A DNA stretch of 64,000 bases from Antedon mediterranea (GCF_964355755.1 NC_092670.1:32042388-32106387), one strand, 5' to 3'; shown: positions 14,101 through 29,100, numbered from the stretch's first letter. Numbers and translations are program-made. The notes: generated from the sequence alone by a model not told the origin.

Positions 14101-17100
14101 GCATGCTCCTTGCTAGTTTCGCAACATTAATTCCTGACATGGGTTTTTAGCTTCATGACAGGTTTAACCCAGTAACTTCCTAGGGTTCAATCCTGACCTA
14201 GGGCCAGGGTTGTAATGCACGACTATTTCAACTCTACTTCCTAAGCCTCAATTAAGACTTGCTCGCAGTCGCAGTAAAAATGATTTACAATTCACACGCG
14301 TATGTTACATATTCTTTGGTACCGGTGTAAGTTTTAAAGCCTCTGATTGGATATAAACACAATACATAAGTATTGCTCATAAACACAATGCACAAAAATA
14401 TCAAAATACCTACAGTAAAATACTGTATAAAATTCTATGGGATTTTTTTTTTTTTCATTTCTGTTGGGGGATTCATTTATTTTTTTGTAGAAATTATTTA
14501 TATTTAAAAAAAACATTTAGTTAACACTTACTCAAACCTAGCTTTTTATAACCTATATTTTAAAATATAACACACCTACATTTATCTCTGCCATTTGATT
14601 GGATGATACATAAGAGCTGTGCATAAATTTTAAGCAACACAAGACATTTGCTTGTTAGGCAATCATCCTATAGTGTTAGCAATCAATAACTGCTCTACTC
14701 CGTGAGCTATAATTTGTAATGTTTATAGCCTTTGATATTCACAGTAGATGTGTTATAAAATATAAAACAATTAACAAATATTTGATATTTGTGAATATAG
14801 GTAATATTTTCATTTGTTGAAAGATGTACTGGTCTATCCAACTAGACTCCACCATTTTTCAACTCAAGAAAATACTATCCGACATCACACTCATAAACAT
14901 TTATTTTTGTTATACTAATCTTAATATTAAAATATTCTGAGGGCAGACAGATACTCTGGAATGGAACAATGCATCTTCTGAATATTTGGAAACAATGTCA
15001 ATGTCTTGGTTGAGTGTGATTTGTAAAAACAACGATCTTCTCCAAACCAGTACTTACTTTTCTGATAGTGTTCTAGTTTCTGCAAAAAAGAAAACCAAAT
15101 TCACAAATTATAAATATCAAAATAATAAAATATTTCTTTTTCTTGCTCTTTTATCAACAACAAAATTGTTAAAATAACATTAGAGACTGTTTTTTTTTTT
15201 TCATATATTAGTTCACTACACTATCACTTACTACATTTGGTTCTTACATTACATACAAATATGAAAGTAATAATTTATTTAGTGACGTAGTGATGTCCTG
15301 GGTCGCATGACCGTGCAGTTAGGTTCAAATCCATGTGTTGTCCTCTTAGAAGTGTCCATTGTTGCTAGGCACACTGTCACTTAGTATTAAATGGCTTATT
15401 TAAACAGCATTATCCTCACATAAAATGCGGGTGAAAAAATGAATTGTGCATGCTTACCAGTTCACAACGATGTGCAAAAAAGTGGTTAGCATTGATAGTG
15501 TGAACAAGTTCTACTACTACTAATGTTATAAATATTTTTTTTTAAAGAAAATAAAATAAAGACAGTAATATACATTGTTAACAACTAACAAGTTATTAAC
15601 AACATTACAGTATCTCAGCTTTCTGACAAAAATCAGCATCCTCCAACTGTGCCTATGGAACTGGAGTATTTGTCTAAACCTCTGTCTACACTATCAAACT
15701 TTATGTGACAAAAAATGTGATGTGCCTATACATGGACATGATGACATCATATCACTACCCTATTTAGGCTCATCACATTTTTTCTGTAAAACTAGTTTGA
15801 TAGTGTATATAGTGAACAAAAAATGGAACTTCTGTCGACCAGTTCCTAAAAATGAGAAATCTTTCTATACTCTGCATCTTGCCAATATGACTTACTGTAC
15901 TATAAAGGCCAGTTGAAATAAAAATGCTCTATTGCCACCAAGCAACCTGTGCCATAAACAGAACATAGTTATTTCAATGTTCTGCCGCCAGTTCCAGTTA
16001 GTGTAGCGTCTCTGACGATGGAAACGCTGTATGTACTTTTAAGCGACTAAACACGAATGAATACCGGATTATTAAAGGATGGACATTTCCGATTGTGCCT
16101 TCTACTTTACGATCTGTGGCCACACAACAGACTGTATCATACTGTAACCATATAATACAGTGGCTAGAAAGCTTATAATGCCAACGTATAAAATTGAATC
16201 CGTTTTGTTTTGCAGCGCCATACTAAACTAATTCATTGCATGCATTTAAGGAATGCTTCCTCACTCAATTCAGTTTTGGTAGATTCACAATATGGATAGG
16301 TCAAAGTTTGTCACAAATAAAAGCTCCTAATATCAAGCTACAGTTAGATGAAGCAATGGTGCCTTAACAATTGTGTTAAAGCAGTTCCTTAAAACTAGTT
16401 GAAGAAGGGGTAGCAATAATTACAGAATGAGCAAGTGTAGTGTGCGAAGTGTGTGAAGTAGTACTTCCTTGATTCTGTAGAATGTACCACATATAAAAAT
16501 AAATACATAGTTTAGGGATTATGTATTGAAAACATTGAAGAAGCTTTCTACAATTTCTGTCATAGAAAGATTTACTTGCATAACATTCACTATGATTTTT
16601 TTTCCTGCTATGCAGACAACAAAAACCAAAATACACACACTACAGTAGTGCCTTGGTATCGTATACACAATCAGTGTGTATACTAAATGTAAATTTACAG
16701 TTAATGCTATTTATGCTATGTATGGTATATGTATATACATACACTTAGATGGTGTGGTATTGGTAATGGTATACTGTGCACAGTAGCTTAGACAAGATTC
16801 AGTGGATATGATCAGGTGTCTACCCAGTCCATGGGGATCGGCCTCAGCTCCTAAAGTAAAGAAACTGAGGCCATGAACTGGCAATCACTCAACTAATTTT
16901 AAAATAGGCGTCCTCAGTCATACATTAGTTTTTAACTACCATTAGTTAGATAACTGTTAAATATTGGAAAAAGGTAATTACTCACTGTAGACTCACCCTA
17001 GCTCTGTACACATATGATTCTCGGAAACATGAATTGCAATAGTTTTTAACTGATTAAATAACATTTTAAGGCTTGACGAGGTAGTATTAAAGAGTACAGG

Positions 17101-20100
17101 TATTGAATGACAATTGACATGTGGCCCAGAAGAATATTATTTTAAAAATATACAGTAGTCCTACTGTATTAGTATTATTGCATACATAATTCAATGAATA
17201 TTGGAAAAATGATACCATACTACCGTTTGATGTTTGTATTGGTATACAGAAATCATTTTTATATAACACCTAAATAAATTCCTGTCATTTGATTGGACGA
17301 ATGTGGGTCACATGGCGTGCAATAGTACGCACTATTCAACGATCGTTAAATAGTACTTTTTGAAACATTTTTGTGTACGAAAAAAAAACGTCTAGATGTT
17401 ATATAAAACAAATAATGAATGTTTTGTATTCGTGTAATGGTACAAATAATGGCACTTGGTGAATGATGAAAAGTTATATCAACTCGGCTTTGCCTCGTTG
17501 ATATAACCTTTCATCATTCACCTCGTGCCATTATTTGTACCATTGCACTCATAAACATTCATTATTTGTATAATATTTCACAAAGTAATACATACTGTAC
17601 AAGTACTATGATTTTAACAATTTCAATTCATCAACAAAATTGCATACAGCAAGTTAATTAACATCATGGTGGGCTAACTTAATGCAACGCAGACAACTGT
17701 GTCTATTTGTTTAAAAATAGGCTAAAGGAGGCTTGGGTATTAAACAATCCATTAAAGTTCACACCGTTTGTACAATATGACATGATATTACTGCGAGCCA
17801 GGGCCTATAAGCAATATGCTTCCCTCTATTTCCCTCTATTCATACGACTATGAGGGATTACAAGTAAATAAGCGCTCTGAGCATCTGAAAAAAAAAACCA
17901 GATCTCAACTGTAAAGTAATGCAATTTTGTTAAGTTGAGTTTGGTGTTTACTTTTTCTGGTGTGAGGCTAACGCTTTTTGACCCAACCTCAAGCTCTCAC
18001 ACCAGGCACCTAAAATCTTACACTTTTCCACCAATCTCAAACGTTCTTCTAAATTCTGACTGTTATCATGCGCAGCCTAGAACTACAGATCCTAGGCCAC
18101 AACAAAATAAATATAATTATTAACTTGATAGGAATATGTTAATGAATAAAGGATAATGCTTCAGTCCGGGATACATCGACCCGGCTGAGACGTATCCCTC
18201 ACATTTAGGCCGAAACAATGCAGGTTGGGGACAGAGGCTTCTGGTACGGGGTCATGATTGGGAAATGTCAAGGCAACAGCAAGCTCAAACCTTATAGTAT
18301 TGCACCGCTGTGGGTTATGGTAATACTTGAATGAACCCCATCAAGGTTAAGGAATTTGTACTGGGAAGGTTTTAGACTTTTTCAAGTGCGTATGAGGAAG
18401 ATACTGGCTTCTGAGAGTAATGAGGTATCAAAATGAACGGAATTGTACTGTTTTAAACTACAAAAACTTGAAACCTGCCCTGGGGCAGATATAATTTCTA
18501 GCAAGATATATTTGTCTGTATCTGACAAAAATAGTAGTAGTCAGCAGGTCAGTGGTTAAAACATCTTCAAATTTGAACCACCTAATTTATGTTTAAATGT
18601 TTGAAATTAATTGCTTTGTTAAAATGTCAAAAATACAAGGTATCCCTCCACACAGATCACGAAAAGGCATGATGCAAAAAAATCAAAATATGAATTAGGA
18701 GTAATAATAAATATTTCAATAACACTGTACAGTTGAAATGTACAATATGCGAAAGAAAAATGTTCTGGTTGGAGCTCCACTCCACTTGTTGTTATAACTA
18801 CATCAGTGTTCTCCCCAGACCTTTGAAGCGTCACAGAACCGTGACGCTTGGGTTCTCTACCGTGACGCTTTACGGTCGGCCGTGACGCTTAAAACCTTAT
18901 CCGTGACACTTAAAAATATCAACCACAACAATCTAAAAATAGATTAACAGGCAGGTACGGTACTTTCTGCGTAACAAAGTGTTAAAGAACTGAGACTCGC
19001 TTTCACCGGCCGCCGAGAGATGTAAACACGTGTTTTGTTACTGCCATGTCTCTCTTTCGATCTCTAGTATTGGCTGTTGTCTAAAATGTGGTAACTTGTA
19101 TATTGTAAATAAAGTAAATGATTGATTGTATTGTTTTTATTATTATTTTATTACCGTACTGACGCGGGTATAAGCCCACCCCCCTTGAACATGAAATCAC
19201 GTCAAGTTTGGGGGGTGGGCTTATACCCGAGGATCCAAAAATGCAGATCGTCAAAAACAGCACATGATGTACACTGTGTATTCCACCATGCGAGCGAGCG
19301 CCCTCACGTGTACGACGTTGCCTCTCTAATACACGAGGTGTAGAGTGTCAGAAAATTAAGCTTATAGTTCGTGTAATTTATCGTAGAATATCTTATTTTA
19401 AACATCAATTGAACAAGAATTTATCAAGCAGAAAAGCAAGTATACAATGTTCGTTAAATAGAAATGTACCAAAGAAATTTAATAAGCTTGTTTATGGCAG
19501 CCGATACCAAATAGTGGTTTTCCGTTTTGGCGACTTGTAGCGTCGTGTGTGAAGCGATCTTCGACCGAGATGGAGTGTAATCAAAACAGGACCGCTAGGC
19601 CTCATATGGCCTAGCGTATATTAGCCTAGCTTGGTTATGATCAAAGGTAGGTGTATTCGGTGTATGGACGTCGGCAAATACAAAATAATGTATTACGACA
19701 CACACTGTAGATCTTCGAATTAATGGGTGGGCTTATACCCGAGTGCCTAATTTTTCATGAAAATTAGTCAAAAGTCGGGGGTGGGCTTATACCCGAGTAT
19801 GGGCTTATACCCGCGTCAGTACGGTATTATTAAAAATAAATATCAATGATATTATTATTTTCAATATCACACTGAATTAATCGACTCTATCGGTGGGATT
19901 TACTCTTTCGTCGGTAACATACGCACGTCATCAAATGATGTCTAGGCGCAATTCAATGCTAGCTGCTTTGATCGTATAATACATTCAAAAAGGCTACAAT
20001 CGTTTTCCTATTTGCTAGTGCGCTACAGTCTTATTTCACTTAACTTAAGGTACAATTGTACATCGGTGCTAGAATGTTTTAGGCCCTACTTCGTGAGAAA

Positions 20101-23100
20101 GTCGAGTGACAAGGGATGTCACATGGTATTGTGATATCAGTACTGCATACTGTATGTCACATGGTGCTTTCACCGGCCGCCGCCGAGAGATGTAAGCACG
20201 TGTTTTGGTTACTGCCATGTCTCTCTTTCGATCTCTAGTATTGGCTGTTGTTTGAATCGTCTAAAATGTGGTAACTTGTATATTGTAAATAAAGTTTTCA
20301 GTTAAAACAATGATTGATTGTATTATTTTTCTTGTAAAAATGTTATGGATCTATGGATCGGTGGGATTTACTCTTTCGTCGGTAACATACGCACATCATC
20401 AAATGACAAAGGCGCGATTGATTTTCTAGGCGCAATTCAATGCTAGCTGCTTTGATTGTATAATACATTCAAGAAGGCTACGATCGTTTTCCTATTTACT
20501 AGTGCGCTATGAAGTCTTATTTCTGGGCAACTAGAGGTGTCTTACTAATGAGTAGGCCTAGTTTTATTTCATCGGGGCTTTCCCCCCAATGTTTGTATTT
20601 GAGCGCAAAAAAATGTTTTTTTATCGCATATGTTTACCCGCAGGCGGAAAAAGTAGGCTATGATCGTTTTAATGTTTGCTAACACGCTATGAGGTGTCGT
20701 TTCCGGCTAACTACAGTTGCCTACTGATGAGTAGGCATTTTTTTTTTTTCATTTATCGCGTATGTTTACCTGCGGGAAAGTTGGCTACAATCGGCCTGTT
20801 TGCTAGCGCGCTATGAAGTGTCCTTTCCGGCCAACTACAGAGTTGTCCTACTGATGAGTAGGCATTTTTTATTTCATCGGGGAATTCCCCTTGACGTTCG
20901 TAATGAACGCAAAAAATGTTTCTTATCGCGTATGTTTACCGGCGGAAAAAGTAGGCTACAATCGTGCGGTTTGCTAGCGCGCGCTATGAAGTGTCTTTCC
21001 GGCCAACTACAGACTTGCTACTCATGAGTAGGCCTAGTTTTATTTCATCGGTGAATTCCCCTTGACGTTCGTATTGAACGCAAAAACATTTTTTTATCGC
21101 GTATGTTTACTGGCGGAAAAAGTATGCTACGATGGTTTACTGTTTGCTAGTGCGCTATAAAGTTTCGTTTCCGGCCAACTAGAGTTGTCCTACTGATGAG
21201 TAGGCTTAGATTAGGCCTATTTTTTCATTGGGGCTTCCCCCTGACGTTCGTAATGAACGCAAAAAATGTTTCTTCGCGTATGTTTACCGGCGGAAAAAGT
21301 TGGCTACGATCGTTTTGTTGTTTGCTAGCACGCTATAAGTGTTATTTCCGGCCAAACCAGAGGTGTCATTCAACATAAATGTTATGTGCGAGAGTACCAT
21401 TTCCGGCCATCTAGGGTGTAAATTACCAAAAATCGCTTTGCCACAGCCCCAACCATGGTGGGGCGGTGACTCAAGTACTTAGTGTCGGAATGAGTGATGA
21501 TGAATCTTCCATTCTAAACACTAAAGCGTGGTTCCCACTAGCGACGCAACGCAAGGACGTAACGCAATGCAAGTGAATTGACCAATCACAAGCGATGGCT
21601 TATTCGCTTGCATTGCGTTTACGTCCTTGCGTTACGTTCTAGTGGGAACCAAGCTTAACAATTCGTGACTAGACACATTTAAACCATACACCTTGTGTAA
21701 GCGAGTCTGAATGTAGCCTAATGCGGGTGCAGGGCTAAGAAATATGACTGCACCAGATTGACATTTTTGTTTTTGTTCTGTAATTCACCCACTTTTTGAT
21801 CGATCGTGCGGCCAAAACAAATGGAAGACTCTTAAATTATCGGCGAAAATACAGAGTTCCCTCAAATTGTATCAACAGATTTTGACAAAAACAGAAAGAC
21901 AATTAATGCAGCAACTATTCAACGTCAGACTAGGCCTATAGCTAGAGTACGATGTTCGTACGTTACCCATGTTTACCAGCTAGGCCTAAAAACTAAGCCT
22001 AGCTAGAGGACATTCACAGCGAGCTATAGGCAGTACATTGTTTCTATCTTTTTATCATAATTTAACATAAAACGTACAAGACAAGGATTGACCTGGTTTA
22101 ATGTTTTAAAAGTACATTATGTATTCTTTTTACAAAATGTCAAATTGTAGGGAATGGGTCTTTAAAGAAAATTACACATAAAATAATCACTTCTAGTAGT
22201 GGTAGGTTTGGCCTAGCCATTAAAAACATAGACCAAGAGGCTATATTTTGTCAAATAGATATGGATAGACAAAAGTAAACAGTAGACGTACAAGATTATT
22301 TATTGCTTGGTAGCCTTTCATACTGTACTACGATTGTATAAAACAAGCAGCAACTAGATTTTGAGTTTGTCACTTTTGTTTAGCTATCCGCACAGTAAAC
22401 ACCATGCACACAAGGTTAGAAAATGCGCACAAAAAACGATTATGCCATTATGAAATGAAGATAAGTTAATTAGAAACTAATTTTGTAGATTATCAAATGT
22501 TAAATGCAAGTGCGCACATAACTTTTTGTGAAACACGGCATTTTTAATCCAGAGAATGTTTGCTCTTGAATTAAACTTTTACGTGTCAATACAAATTATT
22601 GTTAGTTTTTAATCTATGATCAAACATTGAAATTCATGAGATCGCGCATGAAGTCATGTTGTGCAGTTCTCTGACATCATTGAAAAATAGGAGTGCACAA
22701 AGTCCATATGTTGACAAAGTTATGAAATGTTTCGATTACAAGGTTTAGACTATGAGATAAAGACACAAAAATGAAGAAAGAATAATATGGGGTAAAAAAA
22801 AAGATGATGAAGATGAAACAGGACAATCGCAAGGAGATATCCGCAAACAAACAATTAATAATGTTTATGTTGGCAGAAACGGATGCCGTATGAAAATGGC
22901 TTGTTGCCAGAGAAAAGGACTTTAAAGTTTATAAAATTAAATGGAATTTTTCACAAAAGGTATAAAGAACAAAAATCAAGTACCTTTAAAACGGTTTTCC
23001 TATATATTTGCTTCATGCTTTGTCTGCAAAAACATGCTCGCAACGTGAACAATGTCAACAATTTTGAAAATGCTCAAAATGACCTGATGAGCATTTTTTA

Positions 23101-26100
23101 TGTTGAAGCGCACCTAAACTGTTAACTATTCTAAAAAGTTTCTCTTTGACTTGGAGCATACTTGTTTAAGTATTCATTGAAAATTGTTCCTAGTGTAACC
23201 CTCCAAATATACAAGACATAACGTCCGATAGAGGGCGGCAGAGAAAGGAAAATAAATAAGACGGAGCACATGTGTAGATATAAAGGAGTGAGAATAAAAC
23301 ATCCAAAACCACTACTGTATACATATTTGAAGTGTGTATTTTCATTATTATTGGAGTCCGGAACATAACATAAAATATCAAGTATATATTATATGTTATA
23401 TTGGTGCCGTAACCAGGATTCTTGTATTACATCGGCAAGACTACATCGAATCGCTGTAGCCTGACTCAAAACATTCACACCACACAACACGGACTACGCC
23501 GCACGTTCGCCGTCTGTGGAGCCGTTCCGATACGGGTATACTCTTGTCAGAATTTCATTTTATTTATTTCCGATTGTCTACAATTAACGGTACAGTATAT
23601 GATTTCATTCATACTTCGATCATCTTGTTACTGCAGTTACATACAGACATTAATTATTCGAGTACTGTGTAAGATTAAAACGATTGACGTGTTTGTACTT
23701 GCCCAGCCATAACCACGTGTGTAAGATCCTGTTCATTTATAGTTATACTGTACATCGACACACGTTGCATTTTTAATTGTTAGCAATGGCTACATCAAAA
23801 GAAGAGAATTTACCTAATAATATTCAACAGGATACCAAACAAACGCATCGCTCTGTTCCTGAATCTACAAGATGTGGTAGAGTTGTTAAATTACCGAAAC
23901 GTTTTTTAGAGTAACGGTTACTCTACAGTTTCATTTATTTATTTCTTTATTTCTTTATTCATTTTTTTTTTGCGCGGATACAGATAAGGACAAGATATAC
24001 GCAGAGGCTATGATTTTGCCGTGCGCGCGCATAATTTTTTTTTGCACAAGTGTTTGTTAAAGTAGAATAGATTTGTTTTATCCAGGTTTTTAGTTAGTGG
24101 TTGGGGGCCTCCTCCTGTTCCTGTTCAGTCATCGATCTACATTTACAGTCAAAATATGTTTTCATCAGCCTGATTATTCCAGAATATTTTGAGATTGTTT
24201 ATTGTGTTTTTATTGATTATGTTTGAAGATGGCCTGTACTGTATGCTATTCATACAGTATGTATGTGTATGTTTTATTGATTGTCAGTTTATAGGGTACG
24301 CTGTTCGTATGGTATTTAGACAGAGAATGAGTTTGAATGAATGTTTTGTTTCGTATGCAGTTCATATGTTGCAGGTACAGGTGCTGATGTACGCTTTTCG
24401 TATATTATATGATTGGAGTTTTATTTCTATTGTTGCAGAGAGTGAAAGATTTTTTTTTGGAGAATGTAGAATTGGTGGAGAATTTTATTTTAGATTGAGA
24501 CCAATCAGATGTTACAAAGTAACCTACCAATCAAGTTAGCAAGTTACCAATCACCACACCTACCAAACACGTTTACCAATTACCAATCCTTTGACGAGAA
24601 TACCACTTGATGTTATTTAATATACAATGGCTACAATAACCTATATCAAACTATTCATAATATGGATTTCTAAATACTAATTTAATGTTCCGAATAATAA
24701 TTATTTTATCATTTGAAGAAGTGGGACACTTCTCAGTGAGAGGGGGAATAATGTAACCCTCCAAATATACAAGACATAACGTCTGATAGAGGGCGGCAGA
24801 AAAAGGAAGATAAATAAGACGGAGCACATGTGTAGATACAAAGGAGTGAGAATAAAACATCCAAAACCACTATACATATTTGAAGTGTGTATTTTCATTA
24901 TTATTGGAGTCCGGAACATAACATAAAATATCAAGTATATATTATATGTTATACTAGTAGTTATTTATGATCAAATATAAAAAGTCATAAAATCTAACTC
25001 TCCACTAATGTCATTAACAAAAGTCATATGCACAACGTCAAATAAATTTACATTCTATATAACATGATGACTAAGTTATGAAATTAATCTTTACTATTTA
25101 TTTTAGAGAAAAGTCTCGATCAAAATGGCACAAAGAAAAGATTAAAAAAGGAACCCATCACAAGGGATATCTGTTGTAAACAATGAATATCACATTTAAA
25201 AGTCAATGATTATTTGTAAGATTGCGCTTTTGAATGCAGAAATAGACATAGAAGTGCAAGATGTAGTTTAATCCAGTTGGATGCAGTTCAATCCGATTGG
25301 ATACAGTTTAATCCAGTTGGTTACAGCACTGCTGCTACTTAAATAAGTAATTACTTTAAATATAATTAATCCTACAAATGGTTATCATAGGAATATTTGA
25401 TGTGTAGCTCTAGCACCAAACTTAAGTCGCCTTAAGCTTATGAAGATCTGTAGTAAGGCAAATCTCATAGATACTGATAGAAACATAAGCGGAACATTAT
25501 ACACTTAAAAACTAATTTCAATAACCAAGGCACAATATAAAGAATTCTTACCTTTATATGTCTTGATGACATTTCATGCTCCATCGGGTTTAAATATGCA
25601 TTTTGACAATGGCCGCAATCCTTGAATACAAAGGATAAAAACATTAATTTTTTTACTCAGATGTAAACGGAAGAAATACTGGGATAATGAAAATTAAACA
25701 CCCAGTTTCATAGGCAATTACAACCCTTTTTTGGGGTAAATAACTAAGCCTGGATTGGCCCATGAACAATAACAAGATGAGTATTTCCCTTCTGAGATAG
25801 CTAGAGGTTATTACAGGGGTGCTAGCAGGTACCACATTCTAAATATTGTTATTGCTTCTTTCATAGCTGTAAAGAAGTAGCAGTGGTAACAAATATTGAT
25901 ATTGAACCTACCGTACAGAAAAAATTTTTTACATCATCTTCTGTGACTTCTTCAGATGTTGATTGATCAAGGTCCCCCGTTTTCACAGGATTTGGTTGCT
26001 CCATTATCTGATGTGGTGGTGGAGGAGGTGGAGGTTTCTTTAAAATGTTGTCTAAGGTTTGAGGATCTGCAAAATTATAAATATTTTGAGCTTGTGCTCT

Positions 26101-29100
26101 TGCGTTAGACTTCTCCTGCTGTGATAATGCATCAGCCTGAAATGAGTACTTTAATAAGACATTGTAATATCTATTTGGTCTGAATGATTACCTGTTTGCC
26201 ATGAAGACTTTGGTTGTTGCAAAACAGATGCTGGAGATTGCTGTTTATTTGCATTACTATCAGATCTTTGATGAGAAGCATTTCCATCAAATTCATGTTG
26301 CAAATTCTTGTTTTGAAGTTGTGGCACTGTCTGTAATGGTTGTTGTGGTAATGATAATGGAGGTTGGTAGAAATAAACTTGTTCAGGTTTCTCTTTAGGG
26401 TTTTGTTTGGTTGTTGGTTCTTTAACAGCTTCCTGTTTTGAAGTGGTTTGTTGTCCAACTGACTGTTCTGATCCTGTCTGCTTTGTTTGGGGGAGCTTTG
26501 GTCCAATCAATTTTTCAGGAACTTTAGGTCCAATAAATGCTGGAGTAGGCTGTTGTTTGTCATTTGACTTATCATTTAATTTCTGTGATTGTATTTTTGT
26601 TTCACTGTGTTGTTGAGTTCTGTCTGTTATCTGAGGCTTTGGTTGCTGTACCATAATTGACTCCTGATGCAAGGATTGTTTGTTTTGTGATATTGTATGT
26701 TGTTGGTTAATTTGTTGTGATGGTGTAGGTTGTTGGCTAATTTGTTGTGATGGTGTAGGTTGTTTGTTTGATGATGGAGGTGTTTGGTACCTCTGTTGTG
26801 ATACTTGAGGTTGTTGGTTAAATTGTTTTGATGGTGTAGGTTGTTTGTGTGATGGAGGTGTTTGGTACCTCTGTTGTGATACTTGAGGTTGCTGGTAACT
26901 CTGCTGTGGTGTTGGAGTTTGTTTTTTACTCTGTTGTGATACTTGAGGTTGTTGATTAAATTTTTGTGATGGCGTAGGTTGTTTGTTCGATGATGGAGGT
27001 GTTTGATACCTCTGTTGTGATACTTGAGGCTGCTGTTTAAATTTTTGTGATGGCATAGGTTGTTTGTTTGATGATGGAGGTGTTTGGTACCTCTGTTGTG
27101 GTACTTGAGTTTGCTGATAACTCTGTTGTGATACTTGAGGTTGTTGGTAACTCTGCTGTGGTGTTGGAGCTTGATTTTTACTCTGTTGTGATAATTGAGG
27201 TTGTTGGTCAAATTGTTGTGATGGAGTTTGTGGTTTCTGCGATGATGGAGGTGTTTGGTACCTCTGTTGTGGTACTTGAGGTTGCTGGTTAAATTGTTGT
27301 GATGGCGTAGGTGGTTTCTGTGATGATAGAGGTGTTTGGTACCTCTGTTGTGGTACTTGAGATTGCTGATAACTCTGTTGTGATATTTGAGGTTGCTGAT
27401 AACTCTGTTGCGGTTTTGGAGTTTGTTTGTTACTCTGTTGTGATAATGGGGATTGTTGGTTAAATTGTTGTGATGGCGTAGGTTGTTTGTGTGATGGAGG
27501 TGTTTGGTACCTCTGTTGTGATACTTGAGGTTGCTGATAACTGTGTTGTTGTGTTGGAGTTTGTTGGTAACTCTGTTGTGGAGGTTTTTGAACAACTTTT
27601 TCTGCTGGTAGAGGTTGTTGGTAACTCTGTTGTGATGTTGGAGTTTGTTGGTAACTCTGTTGTGGAGGTTGTTGAACAACCTTTTGTGTTGGTGGAGGTT
27701 GTTGGTAACTCTGTTGTGATGTTAGAGTTTGTTGGTAACTCTGTTGTGATGTTGGAGTTTGTTGGTAACTCTGTTGTGGAACAACCTTTTGTGTTGGTGG
27801 AGGTTGTTGGTAACTCTGTTGTGATGTTGGAGGTTGTTGGTAACTCTGTTGTGATGTTGGAGTTTGTTGGTAACTCTGTTGTGGAACAACCTTTTGTGTT
27901 GGTGGAGATTGTTGGTAACTCTGTTGTGATGTTGGCGGTTGCTGATCACTCTTTTCTGTTGGTAGAGGTTGTTGGTAACTCTGTTGTGATGTTGGAGGTT
28001 GTTGGTGACTTTGTTCTGATGTTGGAGCCTGTTGGTAACTCTGTTGAGATGTTGGAGTTTGTTGGTAATTCTGTTGTGATGTTGGAGTTTGTTGGTAACT
28101 TGGTTGTGATGTTGGAGCTTGCTGGTAACTATGTTGTGATGTTGGAGCTTGCTGGTAACTATGTTGTGATCCTGGAGCTTGTTGGTAACTCTGTTGTGAT
28201 GTTGGAGCTTGTTGGTAACTCTGTTGTGATGTCGGAGCTTCTTGGTAACTCTGCTTTGATGTTGGAGGTTGTTGGTAACTCTGTTGTGATTGTAGAGTGT
28301 GTTGGTAACTCTGTTGTGGAGGTTGTTGAACAACCTTTTGTGTCGTTGGAGGTTGTTGATAACTTTGCTGTGATGTTGGAGCTTGTTGGCAACTCTGTTG
28401 AGATAGTAGAGGTTGTTGGTAATGCTGCTGTGGAGGTTGTTGAACAACATTTTTTGTTGTTGGTGGAGGTTGTTGGTAACTCTGTTGTGATGGTGGAGGT
28501 TGTTGGTAACTCTGTTGTGATGGTGGAGGTTGTTGGTAACTCTGCTGTGGAGGTTGTTGGTAACTCTGCTGTGGAGGTTGTTGGTAACTCTGCTGTGGAG
28601 GTTGTTGGTCAGCGTTTTGTATTGGTGGAGGTTGTTGGTAATGCTGCTGTGATGTTGGAGCTTGCAGGTAATTCTTGGGTACAGGTGGAGTATTATGCTG
28701 TTGAGTTTTATTTTCCTGTTTGGTTTGTTGCTGTTGTCCTCCATACGTATTAGTGTTAGGTTTCTTTCCTGTCTGTAGATTTTTAACTTTTTGACCAACT
28801 TTTTTAATTTTAAATGGGTCCATCATCAAAAGTGAAGGAGGCTGTGCTGGAGGTGGTGATGGTGGCAGGGGTGGTGGAAGAGGCTCTTCTGCATCTGGTG
28901 GAGGAGGTGGGGGCTGTGAAGCTTCAGGTACAGCAGTTTCAGGAAGTGGTGGTGGAATGTCAGCTACAGCTCCAACATCACCAACCATGTATTGGTTACT
29001 TTCTGCCACAGTGCCAGAAGTTTGGTCTCCAATTGTTCGCCCACGACCTTGGCCTACAACACTGGTGTAACTTCCAGCACCTCTGCCTCGATTTCCGCCT

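Noticed and set aside
18804-18915. cagtgttctccccag transposon-like end with ccgtgacgctt subterminal repeats
   Set aside because: I found no matching opposite TIR or TSD, so boundaries cannot be supported.
26067-26137. Acceptor at 26137 as the start of exon 3 of the zinc-finger gene
   Set aside because: It is out of phase with the donor at 26191 and gives an immediate TGA. The acceptor at 26067 restores the frame.
27491-28753. 420-aa Val-rich + strand ORF, and 350/358-aa His/Asn-rich alternative-frame ORFs on the - strand
   Set aside because: These are shadows of the Gln-repeat exon: the repeat unit lacks stops in several frames. Only the Gln frame joins the neighbouring exons.
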